In this document: one piece after another, positions 10,001-22,900 of the stretch
Layout: each line of letters starts with the position of its first letter
Numbering within the stretch: the stretch's first letter is position 1
NCBI GenBank assembly: GCA_964035545.1
Contig: OZ037767.1
Coordinates: forward strand, 12,038,581-12,102,580
Direction: 5' to 3'
DNA from: Bugula neritina
Lineage: Eukaryota > Animalia > Bryozoa
Length of the DNA: 64,000 nt
Notes under the pieces: model-generated
The model's database searches: none
Seen by the model: the letters and a program-made list of their open reading frames with translations, nothing else
Told to the model about the DNA's origin: nothing
Made by a program: the position numbers and the translations under genes

Positions 10001-13000
10001 TATTTAACAATAGGCATGGTAGGGAAAGAATGCATTTTTTTAAGATTTAAAAGTTTGAAGTAATTGACATGTAATTATAAAGTAATTGTAAAAATCAATT
10101 ACATTAGATATGTAATTAATTACAATTACAATTACATTTTTATACATCAATTACAAATTACATTCAATTACTTGAAAAAATGTAATTAATTACAACCAAT
10201 TACAATTACCCCAATTCTGACAAATGGTAATGCGGATACTTATATTTGTAGTCATACAATCAATATATATCATAATGATTATGACAATGACACATACCTT
10301 TATAACCACAAGTCTACTGATATTATATTTTCGAGTCTATGATTCTGTATGAGGATGATCATCATTATGATTTGGGACTACCAGTACCAGCATTACTAGC
10401 CAAACATTACCTCTATTTTAAGTTATGTTTTGTTGTGACTTTTAACACTAAATATTAAATATACTCATAGTAATAGTCACACTGATAACCATAATAATGA
10501 TGTAGTACTAATTTTTATTTTATTCACACATCATAAAAATTGCTTGGCAATTGGTCAAATTACTTACCGATTTATTGGAGCATTTATTATTTTATAAACA
10601 TTTTTGCTGAACCTAGTTATTCTACTATAGTTACAGGAAATATTAACTTAGTGTTATATATATTATGCATTTGTTTAAAAGCTGCTATTAAAAAAAGTTA
10701 TGCAGCGATTTACAATTTACTAAATTGACATTAACTGTTTCAACTCGCTGGCAGAGAAGATAGTGAAAGTTATACTTGTAATAGGGGTGTAAAACTCTAA
10801 TACTCAAACTATTTTCTAAATAACGTGATCCTGTTGCTAAATTTCTAATGCAAATTTTTTTGTGTAATTAGTTCACAAACTTCCTTACCAGTTGAAGTAA
10901 CCCACTGACTTGTATAAACAACATTTTATTGCTTTGATGTAACTGCTATATAACCTAGTTAGATTCTGAAATACTGGCTGTCTAGTTCACGTGTGATGAT
11001 AGATTAAGGGCTGATTCACGCCTAAATTAAGGGCTGGTTCACATGTGATAGATTAAGGACTAGCTCACATTTGGTAGATTGAGGGCTGGTTCACATGTGA
11101 TACATCAAGAGCTAGTTCACATCTGATAGGGTGGTTAAGCACTAGTTTACATGCGATTGAGTGATTAAGAGCTGGATCACATGCAGTTGAGTGACTATGG
11201 GCTGGTTCATGTGAAATCAGTGATTAAGGTCTAGTAACCAGTAAATGTTTTACTAAGATGTGAAAAGAAAAAATATCTGTTCATTACTAAACGTTTTGGT
11301 TGGTTACACAATTATTGCTTGGCGTGTCAACTTGCTTATTTTCCTCCAATTTTTGCATTCTAAATTTTTTAGTATCTCTGAAATCCTGTTTATATATTCT
11401 CAATGAACAATAAACTAGGCAGTTGGTTACTAAAGTTTGTATTATAATACATTTTACCAATTTAATGGATAATTTCAAAAGTATTTTCTGTAGTATTGCA
11501 ACTTTAGTTAGTTCATTGTTATGAACTTGAATTTTCTCTTCATACTTAAAATAAGCTTTAAATTCAAGTAGGTGTTTAATCAGTTTTTTTTAAATCAGAC
11601 ATTTACTGTGTGTGGTAGGTAACCTGTTCCAAGATAGATTCAGAAATATCTTCATAATCAATATTACTAGTCTGCCCAGTTAGTAGCTGGGAGTTTGTGT
11701 CGCATTATAATCGATTGCTGTTGGTGATTTCAGAGTTTTGAGCAAAGAAATTGGCGATCTTTAAGAAAATACACACAGCTGTAAGTACCCTAAATTCGCA
11801 CGTACAATAGTATTGAGTCGTTGAGAATATTTTGAAAATGCCAATTTTCTTGCAACCATGTAAAAATTGATTTATTTTTAGACAAGTCAGCAAGTTTTGG
11901 CTGGTTGGCAGAAGCATCTAATAGCAATAAGTTATCTGCAGTATTGACAATACTTACTTTGTCTTGTTTTTACTTTGATGTACATTGAATTTTCATCTTT
12001 TCACTGGTAGGAATTCATACAAGTTATATGGAAGTGCCGGTCTTCACACGTCAGTCAGAAAATGTGAGTAAAATGTTGAAACCAGCCAATTAACGTTTCA
12101 TTATTGGGTAACAAAACAAGCTAATTACCTTACATATATTGATAAGTTAATTTTTTCTGTTTCTGCAAACATGTTCCTACAGAAAGTAGTAAACCGAGCG
12201 TGTGCTGTTACTGCTTTAGATGCTGACGTCACTGTCAACTGTCCACCGTTTGCCGACTCCATCACAGAGGGAGATATCAGATGGGAGAAAGCTGTTGGGG
12301 ACAGTGTGGAGGTAGATGAGACTATTGGCGAGGTGGAGACGGACAAGGTAGTCTATTGTCTAATTATCTCTCGCAATCTCACCTCTCACAATCTCACCTC
12401 TCACAATCTCATCTCTCACAATCTCACCTCTCACAATCTCATCTCTCACAACCTCACCAGGTGCTCTGTTCCACAGATGCTGTGAAATTTGCAACTGCAA
12501 CTCCATGTAACTGTATAGAATGTTCCTAACTGTTGTATTACAGACTTCGCTGGCTGTAAAGTCCACTGTGGCCGGTAAAGTAACTGCACTGCTGGTGGAG
12601 GACGGTACGACAGTCACTCCTGGTACCCCATTGGTTACTGTTGCTGCCGGGGAAGGTGCTGCCACACCAGCTGCTGCCGAGGAAGGTGCTGCCGAGGAAG
12701 GTGCTGCCGAGGAAGGTGCTGCCGAGGAAGGTGCTGCCGGGGAAAGTGCTGCCACACCAGCTGATGCCTCTGAGCCAGTGGCTGCTGCTCCCCCACCACC
12801 CGCTGGTATAGTTGTAGGATTCTGTTTCAATTAACTATGATGTGTTTATATATTAGTGTTGATTGGTGAACTCGCATGATTTGGTATTGTAACATTACAT
12901 ACAGCTTTACAGTTGCTAAACTTGTAGCTGTTTTGTTCTCTTTGTTAGCTGAGAAGTCTGCAGAAGTACCTGCTGCCACTCCTATACCCACCAGTAAACC

Positions 13001-16000
13001 CCCTACTCCATCTCCGCCGACAGCACCCATGTCCACTACTCCAACTTCACAGATTAAGCCTGTTGTTGCTGAGCCTGTCAGAGCTTCATCTCTTGGGGGC
13101 AGATCAGAGGAAAGGGTGTGTTTAGTATTACTGTGTGTAGTACAGTAACACTGTGTGTAGTACAGTAACACTGTGTGTAGTACAGTAACACTGTGTGTAG
13201 TACAGTAACACTGTGTGTAGTATAGTAACACTGTGTGTAGTATAGTAACACTGTGTGTAGTATAGTAACACTGTGTGTAGTATAGTAACACTGTGTGTAG
13301 TATAGTAACACTGTGTGTAGTATAGTAACACTGTGTGTAGTACAGTAATACTGTGTGTAGTATAGTAACACTGTGTGTAGTATAGTAACACTGTGTGTAG
13401 TACAGTAATACTGTGTGTAGTATAGTAACACTGTGTGTAGTATAGTAACACTGTGTGTAGTACAGTAATACTGTGTGTAGTATAGTAACACTGTGTGTAG
13501 TACAGTAACACTGTGTGTAGTATATTAACACTGTGTGTAGTATAGTAACACTGTGTGTAGTATAGTAACACTGTGTGTAGTACAGTAATACTGTGTGTAG
13601 TATAGTAACACTGTGTGTAGTACAGTAACACTGTGTGTAGTATAGTAACACTGTGTGTAGTATAGTAACGCTGTGTGTAGTACAGTAGCGCTGTGTGTAG
13701 TATAGTAACACTGTGTGTAGTATAGTGACGCTGTGTGTAGTACAGTAGCACTGTCTGTACTGTAGTAACACTGTGTGTACTACAGTAACACTGTTTGTAC
13801 TACAGTAACACTGTGTGTACTACAGTAACACTGTGTGTGCTACAGTAACACTGTTTGTACTACAGTAATACACTCGGTACTTAATGTGTATTTTTCAGGT
13901 TAAAATGACCAGAATGAGGTCTAGAATTGCCGAAAGATTAAAGGAGGCTCAAAACACTTGTGCTATGCTCACCACTTTCAATGAGATTGATATGAGGTAT
14001 GCTGTTTCCAGGTGCATTCTAGGTACGTTTGAGACAGTGGATGTACACAGCAGACCCTCTTCCTTTTAGTGATTCAGTCACCTTGTGTTTCCTGGCAATG
14101 TAGCATTAGGCCAGTGAATAGAGACATAGTATGATGGGTTGCACTAATCCTACAGGGTGATGCCAGGGACATCGTGCTCAAACTGCTTTACTTTAACGTA
14201 TTCAGTTTCTTCAAAAATTATGACTATGGACCACTGCGGCATTTTTCCTATCAATTCAAGTCATATGCACATATTTTTTGTTTGAAAGTATCTTGATAGA
14301 TATTTATTAAACTAGAAAAGGAAAGTATTCCAGTCAAAGCTATGTGTAAACTGTTTTGTGTCAAAGTAGCTATTGTGATTACATATGCCCACTAGTGCAT
14401 TTTGGGTATGTCGTGATTTACACTTTGAAAACAGAAATGTACATCTTGATACTGACTTTTTACCTAATCACTTACTTGTTGCTGAAATATTCTCTATTTT
14501 CAGCAAACAATGAGTTATGCATGATTTCCAAGTGTATAAATCTGTATTGATCTTTCATTTCATGGGAATTGACAGAGAAAATAGTTTGGATAATAGACAG
14601 TTGTTTTATAGAGAGCAACTTTGAAGTTTATTTTATCCATGGTTGTAGTAATGTGATGGAGATGCGCAACAAGTATAAAGACGCCTTTCTGAAGAAACAT
14701 GGAGTCAAGTTGGGTTTCATGTCAGCATTTGTAAAAGCGTCAGCATTTGCTCTACAAGACCAGCCCGTAGTGAATGGTGTGATAGATGGCAACGAGATTG
14801 TGTACAGAGACTATGTTGACATCTCCGTGGCCGTCTCTACACCAAAGGTGCACCTTCTCTAGTCACATGTATTATTTCATGTACCATAGTTATGTGTGCG
14901 CAAAGCTTGTTTCGTAACATAATTAGCTCAAAAAAACATATTTTTATTTATATATAAAAAAGTATTTTGAGTTTGATGAAAAACTTCTCAGCACGTAAGA
15001 ATCGTGGAGTGATAAAGTTTGCTCCCTAAAAAGGAATGAATTTTTATGTTAGAAATGGGAACAGAAGTTATATTTTTCTGTAATATTTTTTTGGAAAATC
15101 TGGACATAAATTACGATTCATCATCGCAGGAGAGTAGTTGAGTCATTCTGATCAACAAAAGTGTTTTTACACTCAATAATTATTGTATATATTTGAGAAT
15201 TTCTCATTAAACTGTAAATACTGCGACATATAAACTTGCTGTGTAACATTAACTTGTACAATCTATTAACCGCTGTCCGTTCAACTTGTAACTTCACTTT
15301 GACAGGGTCTGGTGGTGCCAGTACTCCGTAATGTGGAAACCATGAACTACGCTGAAGTAGAAAAAGGAATTCATGATTTAGGAGTTAAGGTTAGTTTACA
15401 CATGAACAATCTTACAAGCATTAGTTAGTTAACTCCAATATCTAGATATACTATTCATGGAGCTGCCTTAAATGAATGTTAGGTGAACATGTAAATTGTT
15501 GGTGCGCTTTAATATGCTGATAAAATCTGATGTATTTCAGCCATTCTATATTTCTTGATTTGTGTTTGAATTCACAGTCATGAATTTGTTTTCTCACTGT
15601 AAACAATAATATAAAACATACTTAGTAGATGAGAAGACAATTCCTATACTAAGTTGTGACTAAACAGCACATTCCTGGCATATACTTGGCAAAATTATAT
15701 TTATTTTTATTTTGTGGTTGGATGTTGGTGGAACTAGAATTGTCGAATACTAAACAGTTTAAACTCCTGGTGCATTATTTTATTTCAGTGTTGATTATTG
15801 TAGTTGGTAATGAATAGTTGTGTATTATTTAAAGGCAACTGGGGGTCACCTGGCTGTGGAGGACATGGATGGTGGTACATTCACCATCAGCAATGGTGGT
15901 GTGTTTGGCTCGTTGTTTGGTACACCAATCATAAACCCGCCTCAGTCGGCCATATTGGGTATGCATGCTATAAAGAACAGACCCGTAGAAGTAAAGGGTC

Positions 16001-16272
16001 AGGTGAGTTGAGCTGTTTGCCAGATTATATATTCAAGCTAATTTACACCTTTATATCTGAAGTCTCCCGTGTTCATGTTCCATTTATAATAGTTATCAAT
16101 AAGCACCATTATTTCATTGGCTAATGCATTTTGTCAGGTTGAAATTCGGCCCATGATGTACGTAGCACTAACATATGACCACAGGCTAATTGATGGACGT
16201 GAGGCCGTTACTTTCCTCGGGAAAATCAAGTCTGCAGTTGAAGATCCACGAGTTCTGCTGGTTGACATCTGA
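7075..16272 (+). CDS. DLST: Dihydrolipoyllysine-residue succinyltransferase (E2 of 2-oxoglutarate dehydrogenase), mitochondrial
   Basis: Exons 7075-7173, 11734-11780, 12011-12063, 12220-12347, 12544-12805, 12949-13115, 13899-13996, 14649-14847, 15306-15389, 15835-16002, 16138-16272, all phase-consistent. They give an Arg-rich presequence, lipoyl domain (FADSITEGD...EVETDKT), Ala/Pro linker, [24 protein letters not shown] and catalytic DHRLIDG. The first three exons are less certain. Confidence 0.96.
8093..8221. mobile_element. GC-rich ~130-bp imperfect inverted repeat, probable MITE remnant
   Basis: Left arm ACCGACAGTTGGACCGAGTTCGGCTCGCGGATGCCGA matches the reverse complement of the right arm, ACCGACAGCGGGGCCGAAGTTCGGTCGGGCATGCCGA; CpG-rich in an AT-rich intron. 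Confidence 0.6.
8998..10219. mobile_element. Non-autonomous hAT-type DNA transposon (MITE) with AATTAC-rich subterminal repeats
   Basis: 8-bp TSD ACAAATGG at 8990-8997 and 10220-10227; imperfect TIRs CAAGGTTGGGGGTAAATT / AATTACCCCAATTCTG. Confidence 0.88.
9245..9971. mobile_element. Palindromic MITE nested in the hAT MITE
   Basis: TIRs GGGTCATTCCATGCCAA / TTGGCATGGAATGACCC; TATA on both sides (9241-9244, 9972-9975); imperfect inverted symmetry extends about 270 bp inward. Confidence 0.92.
10975..11235. repeat. Degenerate ~30-bp tandem repeat (GATTAAGGGCTGGTTCACATGTGATA-like)
   Basis: About 8-9 diverged units in DLST intron 1. Confidence 0.8.
12366..12457. repeat. 15-bp minisatellite (AATCTCAYCTCTCAC)n
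   Basis: About 6 units, starting about 18 nt after the DLST donor at 12348. Confidence 0.9.
12643..12763 (+). repeat. Coding 15-bp repeat (GCTGCCGAGGAAGGT; AAEEG) in the DLST linker
   Basis: Four exact units bracketed by two GCTGCCGGGGAARGTGCTGCCACACCAGCT copies. Confidence 0.9.
13116..13872. repeat. 20-bp minisatellite (GTGTGTAGTAYAGTAACACT) ~37 units filling a DLST intron
   Basis: Starts at the donor GTGTGT (13116) and ends about 26 nt before the acceptor (13898). Confidence 0.97.
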
Positions 16273-16961
16273 TGAGATTAACCGTATTTGTTAGACATAT
16301 TTACGATAAGCTGGTAGTTGTCTCCTCTTGCTGACTGTAGCTAATGTTCCAGCTGTTCTCTACCAGTAAATGCATTTATTAAAGTTTCAAACCCGAGTAT
16401 TACAGTTGTATGTTTTTCTCTTTCTTGTTTTGTCAGTTGGGTAATTTCTATGACATGCTTCAAATAGTGAGTATTTATTCCTCTATTGGCTCAATGTGTT
16501 TTGTACATGTGTTGAAGTCAGTAGAATATATTGTTGTTGACTTAAATACCACAGTCAAGGCTGTATTAGTTATGAAAAAGGTCATAATTATTTTTGCAAT
16601 TAAATATTTGTATTTCCAACAGTGTTAATGTATATACAGATATTATTTTTGCAAACCTGCCAGCTTGCAGTAATTAGAAAGACATTTCAATGCATGGAAT
16701 AAATTATGACTAAATAAGAGAGGGTTTTATAATACAATATAAACAGAGATTCATAGTTTAAACAGAGAACACCCAGTGGGATAGTGGGTAATCTTAGATA
16801 TAGTATATAGAATGTGTTGGTGCGCACTGCACCATGTAATACAGCACCATTGGGAACAATACATCTGGTACGATTTAGTCATAAGAGTCAAATGCTGCTC
16901 TCTAAGTCAGTCCTGTGTAGAAAAATATGCACAAAGTGGAAGACAGGAATGTATAATTCTC

Positions 16962-19900
16962 TCAGCTAAAGGACTTAGTTTTAAACATCTTTTTAGGAGT
17001 CCTTTCGGAAGTTTTCTTGACTAGAAATGTGCTGTTGGGACTTGTAGTGTCCATGGCGTAGAAGACGTTAGCATCACTTGGAAACTGCAGCTCTGCAACA
17101 CAACAAATAGCAAAGTTTTAGAATGTATTCATGAAATATGTTAGGCACAGCTTTAGAGAAATCCTGCACACACCATGTGACTATAATACGCAGAAGTTGT
17201 AATATTCTACCTCTGTGTTTGCCAGTGATTTGTACCAAGCAGAAAGTACTTGGGTCGTGGTTTACGCCAGGATCTTCATGAAACTTTTCTAGAACTCTCT
17301 TGATTACTGCCATAGATCGATCTTTGTTGGTTAGCTGCAATACACCCGTATGAATTTATACTCTAAATATGGCTCTATAACATCTCTAGCCACTGATATC
17401 AACGCCTTTACCGCTTATAGTAAAACAATCGAATCACCAAAGACAAGCAATTGTGGTAACATGGTGCTACTGCAATTTGCCAGGAAGGGGGGGTACTAAT
17501 CCCAACACACCATTCCCAACTTACAATCATACTCTTGTAGTTCACATCATCAGAGCCTGGGGTAAGAAGAGTGACTTTTATTACTCTGCGGTCCGGATGA
17601 TGACTTCCATCAGAATCCCCGGAGGAAATGGAACTCTGAGATGTGATTGGATGAGCTGAGTCACTAGAGGCGGAGCCTATAGACACTCCGTCAGATGGTG
17701 TTGGACTTTTCAAGGAGAAGTTGGAGTAAGATAGGGCGAGGCTTGCGTATGACGTTCTACCAGTTGAAAGATATTTACTGTTGCCACAAGTTTGAAAACA
17801 GCAAAATTTGTTTTAATCATTTACAATAAAGAGTTTCAAATGAAACATATTATATTGCATTCAAATATTTCTATTTTTTTAAACAATATTATTTATCTGC
17901 CAAGTGAAAAATGAGCATATTGTGGCCAAGAATTTTACAGTAAAACTTCTAGCGTTAACGAGAAACATTGTTGTAAGCAAGCAATTTGTATCCTACTTGC
18001 ATTTCATCACAACATACAGTGTGTGGAGTAAGAAATATTCTTTTCACTTTCTATATGGTGCCTATCATTGCTCTACTTCAACAAGTTTTTATATTTAGAA
18101 ATATTTTACACGCCTAGTTATAGGAATGCACAAGGGTATTAATCATATGAGATTTGAGTAAAATAATGGCTAACCCAGTCATGTCACCTTTAATTTATTA
18201 TTATTCATAACATTATAACTGCTTGGCAAGACCTACAAATGACTTCTATAATTACAGTATAGTAACAAATCAATATATTACTGCAACTACTGTAAGTGGT
18301 ACTTACACTGAAGTTTTAGATATGGTTTTCTGTAGATTCTTTTCTGCTGTAGACGGTGGCTCTATTTCACACGACAGCGCGTAGCTAAAAGATACAACAA
18401 TGTTAAATCTCTGGCCAATTGTCATCAATAAAGCAGCACTACTAATAGAAAAAGTATAAGCAAGTTGGTGGAGTGCGCAAAACGCTTTATTATTAGAAAA
18501 GAATAACATTTTAGAGAGGCAGTTACTAGAAGACATGAAGACTTGGGGCTGGAACGCTCATGCATTTATATAGAACACTAACACCACTAACACACTTGTG
18601 CATATGTGTATGAGCATCTATGCTTACATACACTATATTGGTTATTCAAATTGGTGATAGGTTGTGAGATCGGTGTCTGTTGGTGTCAAACTTGCAAAAG
18701 CATACCAGTTTCCTTACAGTTGTGCAATACAGGCAGTTAGTGGAAAATATTACATAACTACAAGGTTGTATAAGAAGTACCCAAGAGTCTAAGAATAAAA
18801 GAGGCAAATGGAATGGGCCTTGGATGTACATTGCTCTAGAAAACACATAAGAACAGTTGGCAGGGTTTCTATACGACACAATAAACATTATTATCCAGAG
18901 CTTCAGTAATAATAGAAATACGTGTTTGTGCTTATATTTTAAAATAAAAAAGTGCATTTACTTTACCTGGAAGACATAAAAGAACTACAAAAGGAAATAA
19001 TAAAACTCTTTTCAATTTAGACTAATAGCATAGTAAGTTGTCACCCGGTGTTAACATATTTTCAGTTGACAATAATATATTTTATATAAACATTTGTAAT
19101 TTACTGACAGTTACGACTACAATCACAAGACATACATCAATAAACTGTCATTCTATGTCACATCTGCAAACTTTCATCAAGCCCAATGACACTGGAGAGA
19201 CAGAAATACTGATCCCAAATACTACTGTATTATTTAGTTAATTCATATTGATTATTTAAACACACCAATACAAGCATCAAAGCAAAACAGCTTGTATGTT
19301 TATTTTACAAAACAAAGAGATAAAATTCACCTTGGCTCTCTGACTCACACATTTACTCACACTCACACACTCACTCACACACACACTCACTCACACACAC
19401 TCACTCACACACTCACTCACACTCACACTCACTCACACACACTCACTCACACACACTCATTCACTGAGTCTCTCAGAGTAACTAGTCCAGTCACCTTTCA
19501 TCCTCTGTATACACTCTCATTGAGTTGAACCAGGCACAGAATCTCCGATGAGGCTCCACCTGATACATCTTTGCTGCTGACTGAAACAGATTTATCTGTG
19601 CTACAATTTCAAACTCTTTTCGGTGTTTCTCAAAGTTCACCAACCCCGAGTCTGTGTAGTCAGAAAATGCCGAGTCTACCATAGTCAAATCCGAAAGAAA
19701 TGTTCCTAGATACGGTACTGTGCCGCAACACAGTGAAGACTACAAAACAGCACACAATAACAATTTAGATAAATTTTATATTAAACTAAATCCAACTTCT
19801 ACAAAATATATTTGCATTGTTTCACAAAAAGAAGTTGCAGCATTTATTAAAATAAAGAGATTGTGGTCTGAACAAGCTCAACTGTTAAGTATTCACTGAC

Positions 19901-22900
19901 AACTTCCACAAGGTCACAAGGTCATAAGGCCACAACAAAACTGTGTGGCAACATTGAATACAAGAAGTGCAATTGCTGTTTACCTGATCGTATCTATACA
20001 GCGCGGCATCTGACACGCCATTGGTTTTAGACTTGCGACGAGTTTGAGTTGATACTTTAGCAGTGCCTTCCTGGTGAACAGAATAAACCACAGTATGAAA
20101 TTCGGGCACACATACACAGCCACACACACAGTCACACACACACAGCCACACACACAGTCACACACACACCCACATACACAGTCACACACACAGCTACACA
20201 CACAGTCACACACACACACAGTCACACACACACAGCCACACACACACAGCCACACACACACAGCCACACACACACACAATATATATATGTTCAATTACAT
20301 GTCTTCTCAACCAGTATTAAAAAAACAGTAGCTATTCCTAGACCAACACAGAGGTAGAATATTAGTCTTCAGAATACAGTAGAGAATATACAGGTAAAGA
20401 CCTCTAAGATGAACACTGTACTATATTATTAGAGTACAATAACAACATCATGTATCATATACCTTCATGAGCAGCTCCCTACTAGCTATCTGATTACTCT
20501 CTAGTGAGAAGATTTGAGCCAGGTCTGTGTAGATTTCCATCATTTCCTTGTTCACATGAGCCCACAGCTGTAACACATACCAACTCTTACAAGGCTATTA
20601 CAGCTGTTTCTTGGTAAATATATTATATTCCGAGATTAAAAAACTGCAGAAAATCATTAAATGCAGAACTGTAAAACAAAAAGACCTCATAGAAGTTAGT
20701 AGAGAAGGCATCACACGCACCTTTTTAAGTCTGAATATAGGACTACTCTGCAGGCCACTTATTATTGCCCTTAAACTGGAGAAATTCTTTAGAATTCTGA
20801 GTTCCTGAGCGATATATATCCACTTCTCTATGACCCTGGCTCTCTTTGAGGCCTTCAAATCTATATCCTACAAGACAGAGAAGGTAAAACACTTCCGACA
20901 GGGAACTGGTACAGTAAGCAGGCATGCATAACCCCTTCTAAGTGTTCATCACAAACTAGATAATATATTGACAGTTCAGACAGTTAGCCTGTCCATAAAT
21001 ATACCACAAAAACATGGTTTTACAGTCATTAGTTGTTGAATAAAAATTTGTGCATTTAAAGAATTGTCTCCCTATGAACTTATAAAGTGTCATTTAAATA
21101 TTTGTTTTAAAACAAAGGCAGCCCTGATTCACTTTGCTACCAAATTCATATTTAAAGCCCAATTATTAACAGCGTGTATTGGCAGCGTGTATAAGAGGCT
21201 TACCTTTAATATAGTAGATATTACTGTGAAGATAACTGAGTTGAACATTGATATGGTAGCAGCTACTGTGGGACATTCATTCGCCTTGTCTTTGCTTCTC
21301 TGATTCCAAGTTGAGCCAAGACACTGGTGTGCCTCCAGTTTGATAAACAAGTCCTGAAAAAGTGTGATTCTGCAGCAGTGAGCAAACATGGGCCACAGGC
21401 TTTTCATACCAGGAACTGGCCTTTGTACTGGTACAGGGCTGTAGAAGCTATTACCCCAACACAATGTTATATTCAATAGCAACTAGGTGCAGATGAGTAA
21501 ATACTCCTATCATAACTGTGCTATAAAACTCTACCACACTTCCTGCATCTATTCTAGTCAACTGTTGAGCTATAGTAGTAACTCTACCACACTTACTGCA
21601 TTTCTTCTAGTCAACTGTCCAGCTATAGTAGTAACTCTACCACACTTACTATATCTATTCTAGTCAACTGTTCAGCTATAATAGTAACTCTACCACACTT
21701 ACTGCATCTATTCTAGTCAACTGTTCAGCTATGGTGCGAATGTTGAGTTGAGAGAACTCCACTGATTCAATGAGCTCTCCGTGTTTGCTAGGTGAGGTTA
21801 AAGTGCGACCATGCACGACATATCTGCTGTCAGCACAATCCACGCTGTCTACACACACACCATCATCCGCTGTAATCAACGTCACACACACTATTTCAAT
21901 ACAACACAATGTGGGAGAAGTTAGTTGTAACTTACAGAACACAGCAGAAATCAGTACAGAGTTGAGAGTTTTCTTCTACTGATTTAAACAAGTATGATAA
22001 ATGGGATTGTTACTTTCTATTATAATTGAGCCTCAGTGTGGTTAGAAAGAGTAGAAAGTAGTTGTAAACCAAAGTTTAAGAACAACTAGTGATTAGTAAA
22101 TAAACACAATAAATTACATTCAGAAGTACTTCAATAGTCATTATTATGTTCTAATATTGTATTATATAATAATAATAATCTACCATTGATTATTACACAT
22201 TTAGAAAACTTATTTATTAGCTCAGGCTTGGTTAAAGTTGACCCAAAGTTTCACCACAGGCTAGCAGCAATGTAATCAAAAATGTACTGCTTGTGAGAAA
22301 TTAAATTAACAATCTCTATGATAAGACACTCCTGTACCTGACATATCTCTAGTCAAATAAACTTGCAACTGTGATTAAAGGAAATTAAATTAAGTTAATA
22401 GTTCAACTAATTTTATGTGGAAGTATTTGATAATATCAAAAGAGCCAAATGAAGTGGCACTACTTTACTTAAAACTCTGAAATATAATTCATTTGGAAAA
22501 CCATGGGAACAGCACCTATGCAGTGGAACACCTCACTGCCAACCTGAACTGTTACAAAAAACCTTTGGTTAATTTTGCTCCAAAAAACTCACATCATAAA
22601 CTACAAACAAATTTTGTGTTTTACAGTAAGTTTTAGTTGGTTTTATGTTGTAGTGAAGAGACAATTTTGTAGCACTTAAGTTTCTCGTTCAACTTTGTGA
22701 TGACCCAGGCTGAAGTCATGCAGTGAAAGTAGATGCATACACTAGGACTTGGAAACACAAACTGATGTCTAGACTAAAGTGATGTGATGCTTACAGTCAT
22801 CATCTGTACAGAACTTGGAGAATCTGTGTTGAACTCTGTTGAAGAGGTCAGAGTTGGGAAGATTTTTCTTGAGGAAACTACGGAGCGCCTGGAGACACGG

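Noticed and set aside
12827-13771. 314/207/137-aa minus-strand repetitive ORFs
   Set aside because: Artefacts of the 20-bp repeat in a DLST intron.
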